From positions 5,155-69,154 of the forward strand of contig JAUSCI010000073.1 in the NCBI GenBank assembly GCA_030651305.1: DNA of 64,000 bases, written 5' to 3'. This stretch comes from Sulfuritalea sp. GTDB taxonomy: Bacteria; Pseudomonadota; Gammaproteobacteria; Burkholderiales; Rhodocyclaceae. The translations under genes and the position numbers were made by a program. The notes under the pieces are model-generated. The model ran no database searches and was not told where the DNA came from. It saw only the letters and a program-made list of their open reading frames with translations. Positions 10,171 to 19,655 of the stretch are shown piece by piece (within the stretch, counting starts at the first letter, position 1; each line of letters begins with the position of its first letter).

Positions 10171-11283
10171 ATCAATTCGATTGCCGTCGTCGTCATCGCC
10201 GGCAAACTCGTCGTCGTCACCCGCAGGGGAGCCTGATCCCGACGCGACGCCGGACTTTTGCTCCGGCGGCAGCAGCTTCAGCAGTTCCTGCACCTCTCCT
10301 GGCTCCAGATCGCGACACTGGCCACGCTTGAGGCGCGGCGACAGGTGCACCGGCCCGTAACGTACCCTCATCAAGCGGCTGACCATCAGGCCTACCGCCT
10401 CGAACATGCGCCGCACTTCGCGATTGCGTCCTTCTGCCAGCACCACGCGATACCAGCGGTTGGCGCCTTCGCCGCCGGCTTCCGCGATAAGGCTGAAGCT
10501 GGCCAGGCCGTCTTCGAGCTGGATGCCAGTGCGCAAACGCGCCAGCATTTCCGGCGTTGCCTCACCCAGAATGCGCACAGCGTATTCGCGCTCGATTTCG
10601 TAGCGCGGATGCATCATGCGATTGGCCAGGACACCATCGTTGGTGAACAGCAGCAGGCCGCAGGAGTTGAAATCCAGTCGACCGATGGAAATCCAGCGCC
10701 CACTCTTGAGTCGCGGCAGCTTGGCAAACACGCTGGGACGGCCGTCCGGATCGTCCCTGGAAACAATCTCGCCCTCGGGCTTGTGATAGACCAGTACCCG
10801 CGGCAAGCGCAAGCCGAACCTGAGCTGCACCAGCTTGCCATTGACGCGAATCTTGTCTTCGGGGCCGACGCGCTGGCCGACGTGCGCCGGCTGGCCGTTG
10901 ACGCTGACGCGCCCGGCGACGATCCACTCCTCGAGTTCGCGCCGCGACCCATAGCCGGCATCGGCCAGCGCCTTGTGCAACTTGGGCGGATCAATGAAAA
11001 CCGGATCGTTGCGGCGTTTGGCGTGCGCCGGCAGAGCCGAGCCGCCGCGCACGCGCGGAGCATCGCCCTGAGGCCGTGGCGGCCCTTGCGGCGACCGGAA
11101 CGGACTAGCCTTGCGCGCCGAACGGGGAGGACTCGCCCGCTTCCCTTGCGGGGAAGTCGAGTTGCCCGCTGGCGAGGTCGGCTGGCCGCTGCTCTGACGG
11201 TTGCCCTGATTCTGCGTGCTCGGCGCCCGACTCTTCAGCCCACGCCTGGACCGGGGAGGCTTCGGGGATTGCGGATTGTCCAA
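10156..11283 (-). CDS. rluB: 23S rRNA pseudouridine(2605) synthase RluB
   Basis: S4 domain (KLHKALADAGYGSRRELE), IGRLDFNS catalytic motif, EGRNREVRRMFE; follows scpB. Confidence 0.9.
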   Translation of the reverse strand: MDNPQSPKPPRSRRGLKSRAPSTQNQGNRQSSGQPTSPAGNSTSPQGKRASPPRSARKASPFRSPQGPPRPQGDAPRVRGGSALPAHAKRRNDPVFIDPPKLHKALADAGYGSRRELEEWIVAGRVSVNGQPAHVGQRVGPEDKIRVNGKLVQLRFGLRLPRVLVYHKPEGEIVSRDDPDGRPSVFAKLPRLKSGRWISIGRLDFNSCGLLLFTNDGVLANRMMHPRYEIEREYAVRILGEATPEMLARLRTGIQLEDGLASFSLIAEAGGEGANRWYRVVLAEGRNREVRRMFEAVGLMVSRLMRVRYGPVHLSPRLKRGQCRDLEPGEVQELLKLLPPEQKSGVASGSGSPAGDDDEFAGDDDDGNRIDLAEK

Positions 11284-11289
11284 GGTCCA

Positions 11290-11997
11290 TCACCCTTTAG
11301 TTACGGCCGCTTCGCTTAACGCCATAATGCCGGCGTTAGCCTCCACTGAAACAGAAGGTTTAAGTTCCGGCATAACGCCGATTAGGCTGGCGTTAGCCTC
11401 CACTGAAACAGAAGGTTTTGGTTCCGGCATAACGCCGATGAGGCTGGCGTTAGCCTCCACCGAAACTTCGTTTTCAATTTCAGTCAACGGCGGCAGTTCA
11501 GTGAGGCTGCGCAGGCCGAGGTCGTCGAGAAACTTTCGCGTGGTTGCATACAGCGCGGGTCGCCCCGGCGCATCACGATGCCCCACGGCATCTATCCAGC
11601 CACGCCCTTCAAGGGTCTTCAGAATGTTCGGCGACACTGCCACGCCACGAATGTCTTCAATGTCGCCGCGCGTCACGGGTTGACGATAGGCGATGATCGC
11701 CAGCGTTTCCATCACCGCACGCGAATATTTCGGCGGCTTGTCGTTTTTCAGTCGGTCTATGTAGAACTGGTACTCGGGGCGGGTCTGGAAGCGCCAGCCG
11801 GAGGCCAGTTGCACCAGTTCCACGCCCCGCTCGGACCAGTCGCGGCGCAGGTCATCGAGCAGCGTGCGCCAGGTGTCGTCGTCGAACTCCTGGTCGAAGA
11901 GCTTCTTCAGTTCGGCCAGGGGCAGCGGCTCGGCAGCCACCAGCAGCGCGGTTTCCAGCACGCGCTTGTAGTCGTCGGGCTTATACAGCGGCAGCAT
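11290..11997 (-). CDS. scpB: SMC-Scp complex subunit ScpB with a repeat-containing C-terminal tail
   Basis: [28 protein letters not shown] and [10 protein letters not shown] motifs. Confidence 0.94.
   Translation of the reverse strand: MLPLYKPDDYKRVLETALLVAAEPLPLAELKKLFDQEFDDDTWRTLLDDLRRDWSERGVELVQLASGWRFQTRPEYQFYIDRLKNDKPPKYSRAVMETLAIIAYRQPVTRGDIEDIRGVAVSPNILKTLEGRGWIDAVGHRDAPGRPALYATTRKFLDDLGLRSLTELPPLTEIENEVSVEANASLIGVMPEPKPSVSVEANASLIGVMPELKPSVSVEANAGIMALSEAAVTKG
11332..11466. repeat. 57-bp in-frame tandem repeat (about 2.4 copies) in the scpB 3' end
   Basis: GGCGTTAGCCTCCAC(T/C)GAAAC starts at 11332, 11389 and 11446; encodes [16 protein letters not shown](P/L)KP. Confidence 0.95.
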
Positions 11998-12823
11998 CGG
12001 GCAGTTTCACGTAAATGGGCGCCATGGCCTCGTTCTGGGTAATTTCGATCAGCGATTCGCGCGCCAGTTCGAGCAGGGCGAGAAAACTCACCACCAGGCC
12101 CTGGGCGCCCAGCGTCAGATCGAACAACTGGTCGAATACCACGTAGCCACCTCCCTGCAGGCGACGCAGGATGATGCTCATGTGTTCACGCACGGACAGT
12201 TCCTCGCGATGAATCTTGTGGTGCTGATGCACTCTGGCCTGTTTCATCAGCGAAAGCCAGGCCACCTGCAGATCATGCAAGCTTACCTCGGGCTGGCGTT
12301 CGATTACCTTGTCGGCGATCCACACTGTGATCCATTCGTAGTCGCGCCCTGCCTGCGGCATTTCGTCCAGTTTTGCCGCCGATGCCTTCATGCGCTCGTA
12401 TTCGATCAGGCGGCGCACCAGTTCGGCGCGCGGATCTTCCGGCTCGCCGTTGTCGGCCCTGGGTGGACGCGGCAGCAGCAGGCGCGACTTGATCTCGATC
12501 AGCATGGCCGCCATCAGCAGGTATTCCGCCGCGAGTTCGAGGTTGCCCTTGCGCATCGCCTCGACATACACCAGATATTGCGCCGTCAGCGGCGCCATCG
12601 GGATGTCCAGGATATTGATATTGGCGCGGCGAATCAGGTACAGCAACAAATCGAGCGGGCCCTCGAAGGACTCGAGGATGATCTCCAGCGCATCCGGCGG
12701 GATGTAGAGGTCGCGCGGCATTTCGGCCATTACCTCGCCGTAGACGCGAGGCAGATGGGCAGCAGCCACCACAGGAGTCGGCGCTGGCGGCACGCCAAAA
12801 TGGGTGCCGGACTGATCCGGCAT
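11981..12823 (-). CDS. scpA: Segregation and condensation protein ScpA
   Basis: [14 protein letters not shown] and [23 protein letters not shown] motifs. The ORF-track extension to 13117 overlaps trpS, so the start is placed at ATG 12823. Confidence 0.92.
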   Translation of the reverse strand: MPDQSGTHFGVPPAPTPVVAAAHLPRVYGEVMAEMPRDLYIPPDALEIILESFEGPLDLLLYLIRRANINILDIPMAPLTAQYLVYVEAMRKGNLELAAEYLLMAAMLIEIKSRLLLPRPPRADNGEPEDPRAELVRRLIEYERMKASAAKLDEMPQAGRDYEWITVWIADKVIERQPEVSLHDLQVAWLSLMKQARVHQHHKIHREELSVREHMSIILRRLQGGGYVVFDQLFDLTLGAQGLVVSFLALLELARESLIEITQNEAMAPIYVKLPDAAAV

Positions 12824-12834
12824 GGCGTTTTCGA

Positions 12835-14037
12835 TCACGAGTAGTCGAGCCCGATCGCTTCTCGCACGTCGCGCATGGTCTCCTGCGCCAGCTTGCGCGC
12901 CTTTTCGCAGCCGTCCGCAATGATGTTCTTGACCAGTTGCGGATCTTCCTCGTACATCTTCGCCCGTTCGCGCATCGGCTCCTGTTCCTTCAACACGCCC
13001 TCGATCACCGGCTGCTTGCATTCGATGCAGCCGATGCCGGCCGAGCGGCAGCCAGTTTGCACCCAGCCCTTCACGTCTTCGCTGGAATAGATCAGGTGGA
13101 ACTGCCATACCGGGCACTTGTCCGGATCACCGGGATCCGTGCGCCTTACCCGCGCCGGATCGGTCTGCATGGTACGAATCTTCCGCGTCACTTCGCCAGC
13201 ATCTTCGCGCAGGCTGATCGCGTTGCCGTAGGACTTGGACATTTTCTGTCCATCCAGTCCCGGCATGCGCGAGGCGTGGGTGAGCAGCGCGTCGGGTTCC
13301 ACCAGAATCATCTTGCGCGTACCTTCGAGCCAGCCGAACAGGCGCTCGCGGTCGCCCAGGGAGAGGCTCTGTGCCTCGTTCAGCAGTTCGTGCGCCTGCT
13401 CCAGCGCGTCGTCTTCGCCTTTTTCCTGATAGCGGGTGCGCAACTCGTCGTAGAGTTTTGCACGCTTGCTGCCGAGTTTCTTGACCGCCACGCGCGCCTT
13501 GTCCTCGAAGCCCGACTCGCGGCCGTACAGGTGGTTGAAGCGGCGCGCAATCTCGCGCGTGAACTCGACGTGAGGCACCTGATCATCACCCACCGGCACG
13601 CGGTTGGCGCGATAGATGAGAATGTCCGCCGCCTGCAGCAAGGGATAGCCGAGAAAACCGTAGGTCGTCAGATCCTTGTGCGTCATCTTTTCCTGCTGGT
13701 CCTTGTAGGTCGGCACGCGCTCCAGCCAGCCCAGCGGCGTCATCATCGACAGCAGCAGATGCAGTTCGGCGTGCTCCGGCACCTTGGACTGGATGAAGAT
13801 GGTTGCCTGCGACGGATCGACCCCGGCCGCCAGCCAATCGATGATCATGTCGCTGGTGTTATCGGTGATCGTACCCGGCTCGTCGTAGGCCGTAGTCAGC
13901 GCATGCCAGTCGGCGACGAAGAAAAGGCAGGGATACTCGTGCTGGAGCTTGATCCAGTTGGCAAGCACGCCATGATAGTGGCCGAGATGGAGGCGCCCGG
14001 TGGGACGCATGCCGGAAAGAACTTTTTCTGCGTACAT
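12835..14037 (-). CDS. trpS: Tryptophan--tRNA ligase (long betaproteobacterial form)
   Basis: SGMRPTGRLHLGH (HIGH-like) and KMSKS motifs, YPLLQAADIL. Confidence 0.96.
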   Translation of the reverse strand: MYAEKVLSGMRPTGRLHLGHYHGVLANWIKLQHEYPCLFFVADWHALTTAYDEPGTITDNTSDMIIDWLAAGVDPSQATIFIQSKVPEHAELHLLLSMMTPLGWLERVPTYKDQQEKMTHKDLTTYGFLGYPLLQAADILIYRANRVPVGDDQVPHVEFTREIARRFNHLYGRESGFEDKARVAVKKLGSKRAKLYDELRTRYQEKGEDDALEQAHELLNEAQSLSLGDRERLFGWLEGTRKMILVEPDALLTHASRMPGLDGQKMSKSYGNAISLREDAGEVTRKIRTMQTDPARVRRTDPGDPDKCPVWQFHLIYSSEDVKGWVQTGCRSAGIGCIECKQPVIEGVLKEQEPMRERAKMYEEDPQLVKNIIADGCEKARKLAQETMRDVREAIGLDYS

Positions 14038-14038
14038 G

Positions 14039-14695
14039 TCAAAAACCGAAAAGGGTTCGAATCAGGGTGTTGAACACCCGCAACAAGGGCCGCAGGATGG
14101 TATCCAGCACCCCCAAAAAAAGCAACGCCAGCAGGATCGGGAAACCCCACCGTTCCAATTGCGAAAACTTCCAGGCGGCACGATGAGGCAACAGGCTTGC
14201 CACGATGCGCCCGCCATCCAGCGGCGGCAAGGGCAGCAGGTTAAGCACCATCAAAACGCCATTGATGCTGATGCCGACCAGTGCCATTTCCCTCAACGCT
14301 TCCGAGTAGCCGTACGCGGAACCACCGATGGTCAACTTCAAGACCAGGGCCCAGGCCAGCGCCATAATCAGGTTCGCCCCCGGCCCGGCCGCCGCCACCC
14401 AGAGCATGTCCTGCTTGGGGCGGCGCAGGCGGGAGAAGTCTACCGGCACCGGCTTGGCCCAACCGAACAACATGCCGCTGCCACCGCCCATGGTGCTCAG
14501 TACCAGGATCACCGCAGGAACGATGAGGGTCCCCACCATATCCACATGCCGCAGCGGGTTCAGGCTGATGCGTCCCATCTGCCATGCCGTCGGATCGCCG
14601 AAGTGCCGTGCCGCATAGCCGTGCGCCGCCTCGTGCAGCGTGATGGCAAATATGATCGGCAGGGCGGAAATCGCCAGCGTCTGGATGAAATTCAT
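14039..14695 (-). CDS. Site-2 protease family (M50) membrane metalloprotease
   Basis: HEAAH zinc motif, NLLPLPPLDGG motif, hydrophobic segments. Confidence 0.92.
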   Translation of the reverse strand: MNFIQTLAISALPIIFAITLHEAAHGYAARHFGDPTAWQMGRISLNPLRHVDMVGTLIVPAVILVLSTMGGGSGMLFGWAKPVPVDFSRLRRPKQDMLWVAAAGPGANLIMALAWALVLKLTIGGSAYGYSEALREMALVGISINGVLMVLNLLPLPPLDGGRIVASLLPHRAAWKFSQLERWGFPILLALLFLGVLDTILRPLLRVFNTLIRTLFGF

Positions 14696-14722
14696 GGGAG
14701 GCGCCGATTTTAACAGACCGGG

Positions 14723-15349
14723 TCATTCCAGCCCGAAAGGAGCCAGCGGCCCCTGCCCGGCCCGAACCAGTTCGGGCTGGGCGCCGGTCAGATTGATCAC
14801 CGTCGTCATCTCCGTGCCGCAACGACCGGCATCGATCACCAGGTCGATCTGTTTTTCCAGGTGCTCGCGTATCTCGTCGGCACTCGCCAGCGGCGCCTTG
14901 GAGCCCGGCAGAATCAGCGTCGATGTCAGCAGCGGCTCATTCAGTTCTTCCAGCAGCGCGAGCGCAAGGGGGTGGTTGGGCACGCGCAGACCGATGGTCT
15001 TGCGCTTGGGATGCAGCAAGCGCCGCGGCAACTCCCGGGTGCCTTCCAGAATGAAGGTGTAGCCGCCCGGCGTGGTGGCCTTCAGCAGGCGATACTGGCT
15101 GTTGTCCACCCGGGCATAGGTGGCGATCTCGGACAAGTCGCGGCACATCAGTGTGAAGTGGTGGCGCTCATCGACGCCGCGTATGCGGCGAATCCGGTCC
15201 AGCAAGGGCGCGTAGCCTGCCACGCCGGCCAGCGAATAGGCGGCGTCGGTGGGCAGCGCGATGAGTCCGCCGCTCCTCGCGATCTCGGCGGCCTGCCTGA
15301 TCAGGCGCGGCTGCGGATGTTCAGGATGGATATGAAATAGCTGTGCCAT
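14723..15349 (-). CDS. Sua5/YciO/YrdC-family protein (YciO-like)
   Basis: IHPEHPQPRLI...ALPTDAAY...PGGYTFIL...KRKTIGLRVP; position next to a PHP gene. Confidence 0.88.
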   Translation of the reverse strand: MAQLFHIHPEHPQPRLIRQAAEIARSGGLIALPTDAAYSLAGVAGYAPLLDRIRRIRGVDERHHFTLMCRDLSEIATYARVDNSQYRLLKATTPGGYTFILEGTRELPRRLLHPKRKTIGLRVPNHPLALALLEELNEPLLTSTLILPGSKAPLASADEIREHLEKQIDLVIDAGRCGTEMTTVINLTGAQPELVRAGQGPLAPFGLE

Positions 15350-15376
15350 GCGTGATCCGAAAAAACGGCCGCCGGC

Positions 15377-16219
15377 TCAGATCAACCGAGACCAGACCGG
15401 CGTCAGATCCTCTGGCAAATCGGGCATTTTGCCCAGATCGATCCAGCTCTCTCCCGGCCCGTGAAAATCCGAGCCGCGTGACGCGAGAAAACCGAACTCG
15501 CGCGCGATGCGCGAGAACTCGCGCACCTCGTCATCCTTGGCGGAACCCGACAGCACTTCGATGCCGAGGCCGCCGAGTTCCTTGAAGGCGACGAACAACT
15601 CGCGCCGTTGCACGGACGACAGCCGGTAGCGACCCGGATGCGCTATCACCGCCGTACCGCCAGCGCCGACTATCCAGCGCAGGGCGTCTTCCATGCTCGC
15701 CCAGGCATGCTCGACATAGCCCGGCTTGCCCTTGGCCAGCCAGTAGTCGAACACCGATTTGACATCCTTGGCGTGCCCCTGTTCGGCGATATAGCGGGCG
15801 AAGTGCGAGCGGCTGACCAGCGCCGGATTGCCGGCGTGGCGCAACGCGCCCTCGTAGGCGCCGTGAATGCCCACCTTGTCCAGTTCCGCCGCCATGCGCC
15901 CGGCGCGCGCATCGCGCCCGCTCCTGACCTGATGCAACCCCTCCATCAGCGCCGCATTGGCGGGATCGATGCCGAGTCCCACGATGTGCACCGTCTGGTC
16001 GTCGCCCCAGGAGATCGACACTTCGACTCCATCGACAAAGCGCAAGCCGACCGCATCGGCCGTCGCCCTGGCTTCGGCCAGACCGCCGAGTTCGTCGTGA
16101 TCGGTCAGTGCCAGCAGTTCCACGCCATTGGCATGGGCGCGGCGCACGATCTCGGCCGGCGCCAGCAGGCCGTCGGAAACTGTCGAATGACAGTGCAGGT
16201 CGGCATTCAGCGGCTTCAT
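15377..16219 (-). CDS. PHP-domain phosphatase/nuclease (YciV/TrpH-like)
   Basis: DLHCHSTVSDG, ALTDHD, IAHPGRY and GSDFHG motifs. Confidence 0.9.
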   Translation of the reverse strand: MKPLNADLHCHSTVSDGLLAPAEIVRRAHANGVELLALTDHDELGGLAEARATADAVGLRFVDGVEVSISWGDDQTVHIVGLGIDPANAALMEGLHQVRSGRDARAGRMAAELDKVGIHGAYEGALRHAGNPALVSRSHFARYIAEQGHAKDVKSVFDYWLAKGKPGYVEHAWASMEDALRWIVGAGGTAVIAHPGRYRLSSVQRRELFVAFKELGGLGIEVLSGSAKDDEVREFSRIAREFGFLASRGSDFHGPGESWIDLGKMPDLPEDLTPVWSRLI

Positions 16220-17085
16220 CGGACAAAGAACTCCTCGATCAGGCCCGCCACCCGTTGCGGCTGGTCATGCTGCATATTGTGTCCGCACTCTTCCAGCGCC
16301 ACCTCCCGCACGTCCTTGAAACAGGCGATCCGGTTGTGATAGTCCGCCGAATCGACGGCGAACAACTGCTTGAAGATGAAGGAATCCGCCGCCGTCACCC
16401 AGAGTACCGGCGCCGTCACCCGGCGCCAGATCGCCATCGCCTCTTCGACGCGATAGATGATCGGATTCACCCAGCGATGGAAGGGATCGGCCGCCAGATG
16501 GATGCCGCCGGCGCCGTCGTCTTCACCCATGTGCTGGGCTAGGAAGCGCGCCTTTTCGTCGGACAGGCGCGGATTGTCCTTCTGCAGCCGCGCAGCGAAT
16601 TCCTGCCGATCGGCATACGAACGAAAAGTCGGCGTGTCGCGCAGTTGCGCAAGCCAGTTGGCATAGCGTTCCGGCGCCTCGTCCGGCTGGTAGCGGCGCA
16701 AACCCAGTCCCTCCAGATTCACCAGGCCCATCACGCGCTCGGGTCGAATCCCCGAATATAGGCAGACCGCGTTGCCACCCAGAGAGTGCCCGACCAGGCG
16801 CACCGGCGACTGCGGCGAGTAGTGTTCGAGCAGGGCATCCAGGTCGGCGATGTAGTCGGGAAACCAGTAAACATCGTTATTCCACTCGGACAGCCCGAAG
16901 CCGCGCCAGTCGGGCGCCAGCACGCGCCAGTCGCGCGCCAGAGCATCGACGACGAACTGCCAGGAGGCCGAGACATCGCACCAGCCGTGCAGCAGCACCA
17001 GCAACGGCGCCGATTCGTCGCCCCAGATGCGTACATGCAGGCGCCGGCCGCGAATCTGGAGGAATTCCGAATGACAAGCTTTCAT
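16216..17085 (-). CDS. Alpha/beta-fold hydrolase
   Basis: LLHGW oxyanion segment, GHSLGG nucleophile elbow, GHNMQHDQP catalytic His. Confidence 0.88.
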   Translation of the reverse strand: MKACHSEFLQIRGRRLHVRIWGDESAPLLVLLHGWCDVSASWQFVVDALARDWRVLAPDWRGFGLSEWNNDVYWFPDYIADLDALLEHYSPQSPVRLVGHSLGGNAVCLYSGIRPERVMGLVNLEGLGLRRYQPDEAPERYANWLAQLRDTPTFRSYADRQEFAARLQKDNPRLSDEKARFLAQHMGEDDGAGGIHLAADPFHRWVNPIIYRVEEAMAIWRRVTAPVLWVTAADSFIFKQLFAVDSADYHNRIACFKDVREVALEECGHNMQHDQPQRVAGLIEEFFVR

Positions 17086-17130
17086 GCCGACAGTTTATCA
17101 GCCGGGCCGGCGCACATCGTAAAACCGGTG

Positions 17131-17583
17131 TCAGTCGGGAATAATTGCCGTCGCCTCGATCTCGACCCGGGCGGCATCTTCCATCAAGCCCGTGACCTGC
17201 ACCGCCGTCATCGCCGGAAAATTGCGCCCGATAACCTCGCGATAGGCACGGCCCAGTTGCGGATAGGCGGCCAGGTATTCGCGCTTGTCGATCACGTACC
17301 AGGTCATGCGAATGATGTGCTCGGGCTTGCCGCCGGCCTCGGCCAGCACGGCGACGATGTTCTGCAAGGCCTGTCTGGCCTGGGCGGCAAAGTCGCTGGT
17401 ATGAAAGCGGCACTGGCCATCCCAGCCGATCTGGCCGCCGATGACCACCGTGCGGCCGCGCGCTGCAATGCCGTTCGAGTAACCCTTGGGCGCGGCCCAT
17501 CCGGCGGGCTGCAGGATCTGGATGTCGGCGCGGGGTGTGGCTTCTTGCGGGCGGTTCACGTGAGTCTCCTCGGGATCGGTCAT
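17131..17583 (-). CDS. RidA/YjgF/YER057c family protein
   Basis: PKGYSNG...GGQIGWD...FPAMTAVQV...VEIEATA, typical of RidA homologues in abm-like clusters. Confidence 0.88.
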   Translation of the reverse strand: MTDPEETHVNRPQEATPRADIQILQPAGWAAPKGYSNGIAARGRTVVIGGQIGWDGQCRFHTSDFAAQARQALQNIVAVLAEAGGKPEHIIRMTWYVIDKREYLAAYPQLGRAYREVIGRNFPAMTAVQVTGLMEDAARVEIEATAIIPD

Positions 17584-18767
17584 GGTTTGGCCGTCGCGGC
17601 AACGTCCTTCAATAGTTCACGGGCGATGATCAGCTTCTGCACTTCCGTCGCTCCTTCGTAAATGCGCAGTGCGCGAATGTCACGGTAAAGACGCTCGACC
17701 GGTGCCTCGCTGACTACGCCGAGGCCGCCGAAGAGCTGCACGGCGGCATCGATTACCTGCTGCGCCGACTCGGTGGCGACCATCTTCGCCATCGCCGCCT
17801 CCTTCGTCACGTTCGCGCCCTGATCGCGCAGCCATGCGGCGCGATACACCAGCAGCGCTGCGGCATCGATGGCGGCCGCCATGTCCGCCAGTTTGGCCTG
17901 CGTCAGCTGAAAATCGGCCAGCGTGTGATTGAACATCCGGCGCGTGACAGCGTGCTGCAAGGCTTCATCCAGAGCACGACGGGCGAAACCCAGCGCGGCG
18001 GCGGCTACCGAGGTGCGAAAGATGTCGAGGGTGCGCATTGCCACCTTGAAGCCCTGGCCCGCATCGCCGACGCGCCGGGTTTCTGGAATGCGGCAGTGGC
18101 TGAAGCGCAGGCGGGCCAGCGGATGCGGCGCGATGACTTCGATGCGCTCGGCGATTTCCAGACCCGGCGTACCGGCGTCGACGATGAAGGCGGTAATGCC
18201 CCGCGCTCCCGGCGCTTCGCCGGTGCGGGCAAACACCACATAGAAATCGGCAATGCCGCCGTTGGAAATCCAGGTCTTCTCGCCGTTCAGCACATAGCCG
18301 TCGCCATCCCGATGCGCCCCACACTTCATCGCCCCGACGTCGGAACCGGCGTCAGGTTCCGATAGCGCAAAGGCAGCGATGGCCGAACCGGCCGCCACGC
18401 GCGGCAAATAGTTGCGCTTCTGCTCGTCCGTTCCGTGCAGCGTGATGGCGCCACTGCCCAGGCCCTGCATGGCAAAAGCGAAGTCGGCCAATCCCGAATA
18501 ACGCGCCAGCGTCTCGCGGATCAGGCAGATGCCCCGCGTATCGATGGCCTCGGCACTGCCGCCATAGGCCGTACCGCCGACGGCGTAGCGGACCCAGTCG
18601 GCAGCGCCGAGTTTGCGCACCAGCGCGACACAGGCGTCGTCGGTTTCCTGTCCGCGCGCATGCGGTGCATCATCGATGTTTTCATGCGCCCAGCGGTCGA
18701 GGGAAAGCGCCAACTCCTTGTGGTGCGGCTCCAGAAACGGCCAGTCGAGATATTTCGTGTCGGCCAT
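17580..18767 (-). CDS. Acyl-CoA dehydrogenase
   Basis: [23 protein letters not shown] and [11 protein letters not shown] motifs. Confidence 0.92.
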   Translation of the reverse strand: MADTKYLDWPFLEPHHKELALSLDRWAHENIDDAPHARGQETDDACVALVRKLGAADWVRYAVGGTAYGGSAEAIDTRGICLIRETLARYSGLADFAFAMQGLGSGAITLHGTDEQKRNYLPRVAAGSAIAAFALSEPDAGSDVGAMKCGAHRDGDGYVLNGEKTWISNGGIADFYVVFARTGEAPGARGITAFIVDAGTPGLEIAERIEVIAPHPLARLRFSHCRIPETRRVGDAGQGFKVAMRTLDIFRTSVAAAALGFARRALDEALQHAVTRRMFNHTLADFQLTQAKLADMAAAIDAAALLVYRAAWLRDQGANVTKEAAMAKMVATESAQQVIDAAVQLFGGLGVVSEAPVERLYRDIRALRIYEGATEVQKLIIARELLKDVAATAKP

Positions 18768-18769
18768 GT

Positions 18770-19624
18770 TCAGTCCCCTTCGAATACGGGCTTCTGTTTG
18801 GCGACGAAGGCGTGATAGGCACGGTGAAAGTCATTGGTCGCCATGCAAATGGCCTGAGCCTGGGCTTCGGCCTCGATGGCCTGATCGACGTCCATGCTCC
18901 ATTCCTGCTGCAACATCTTTTTGGTCATGGCGTGGGCGAAAGTCGGGCCACTGGCCAAGTCCTGCGCGAGCTTCAAGGCCTCGGCAAGAAGATCATCCGG
19001 CGCGCATAGACGATTGAAAAAGCCCCAGCGTTCGCCTTCCTCGCCACCCAGGGCACGGCCGGTGGTCAACAGTTCGGTGGCGCGGCCCTGGCCGATCATG
19101 CGCGGCAGCATGGCGCAGGCGCCCATGTCGCAACCGGCCAGACCGACGCGGGAAAAGAGGAAAGCGGTCTTCGAGCGCGCGGTGCCCAGACGCATGTCCG
19201 AACCCAAGGCCAGCAGCGCACCGGCGCCGGCGCAGATGCCGTCGATGGCGGCGATCACCGGCTGCGGGCAGGCGCGCATGGCCTTGATCACGTCGCCGGT
19301 CATGCGCGTGAAAGCAAGCAGGCCGGGCATGTCGAGCTGCGTCAGCGGGCCGATGATGTCGTGCACATCGCCGCCGGAGCAGAAGTTGCCGCCTTCGCCG
19401 GTCAGCACCACGGCATGAACGTCAGTGGCATACACCAAGTTACGAAATAGATCGCGCAATTCGGCGTAGGAATCGAAGGTGAGTGGGTTCTTGCGCTCGG
19501 GCCGGTTGAGGCTGATCACCGCCACCGCGCCCTCCATGCGATAGCTGAAGTGGCGCGCCTGATAGGCCTGGAGGCTCTGCCGGTTGCCAGGCAGTTGGTG
19601 GGGTTTTCCCGCAAGATGTTTCAT
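18770..19624 (-). CDS. Enoyl-CoA hydratase/isomerase family protein
   Basis: [15 protein letters not shown] and GICAGAG crotonase motifs. Start at ATG 19624 after AAGGAG. Confidence 0.9.
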   Translation of the reverse strand: MKHLAGKPHQLPGNRQSLQAYQARHFSYRMEGAVAVISLNRPERKNPLTFDSYAELRDLFRNLVYATDVHAVVLTGEGGNFCSGGDVHDIIGPLTQLDMPGLLAFTRMTGDVIKAMRACPQPVIAAIDGICAGAGALLALGSDMRLGTARSKTAFLFSRVGLAGCDMGACAMLPRMIGQGRATELLTTGRALGGEEGERWGFFNRLCAPDDLLAEALKLAQDLASGPTFAHAMTKKMLQQEWSMDVDQAIEAEAQAQAICMATNDFHRAYHAFVAKQKPVFEGD

Positions 19625-19655
19625 CTGCTTCTCCTTACCCTGTTTCGCCGCGATC

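Noticed and set aside
10980-11283. Long Arg/Pro/Ser-rich N-terminal extension of RluB, Ala/Pro-rich IF2 linker and the TrpS insertion
   Set aside because: Low-complexity extensions and the long TrpS form are common in betaproteobacterial orthologues; no internal DNA repeat was seen.
11981-13117. ORF-track 5' extensions (scpA 378 aa, arnT 715 aa, enoyl-CoA hydratase 453 aa, rlmJ 586 aa, rfbA 388 aa and others)
   Set aside because: The extensions overlap neighbouring genes and lack homology-like content; internal starts with SD or stop-start overlap fit better, so these are not fusions.
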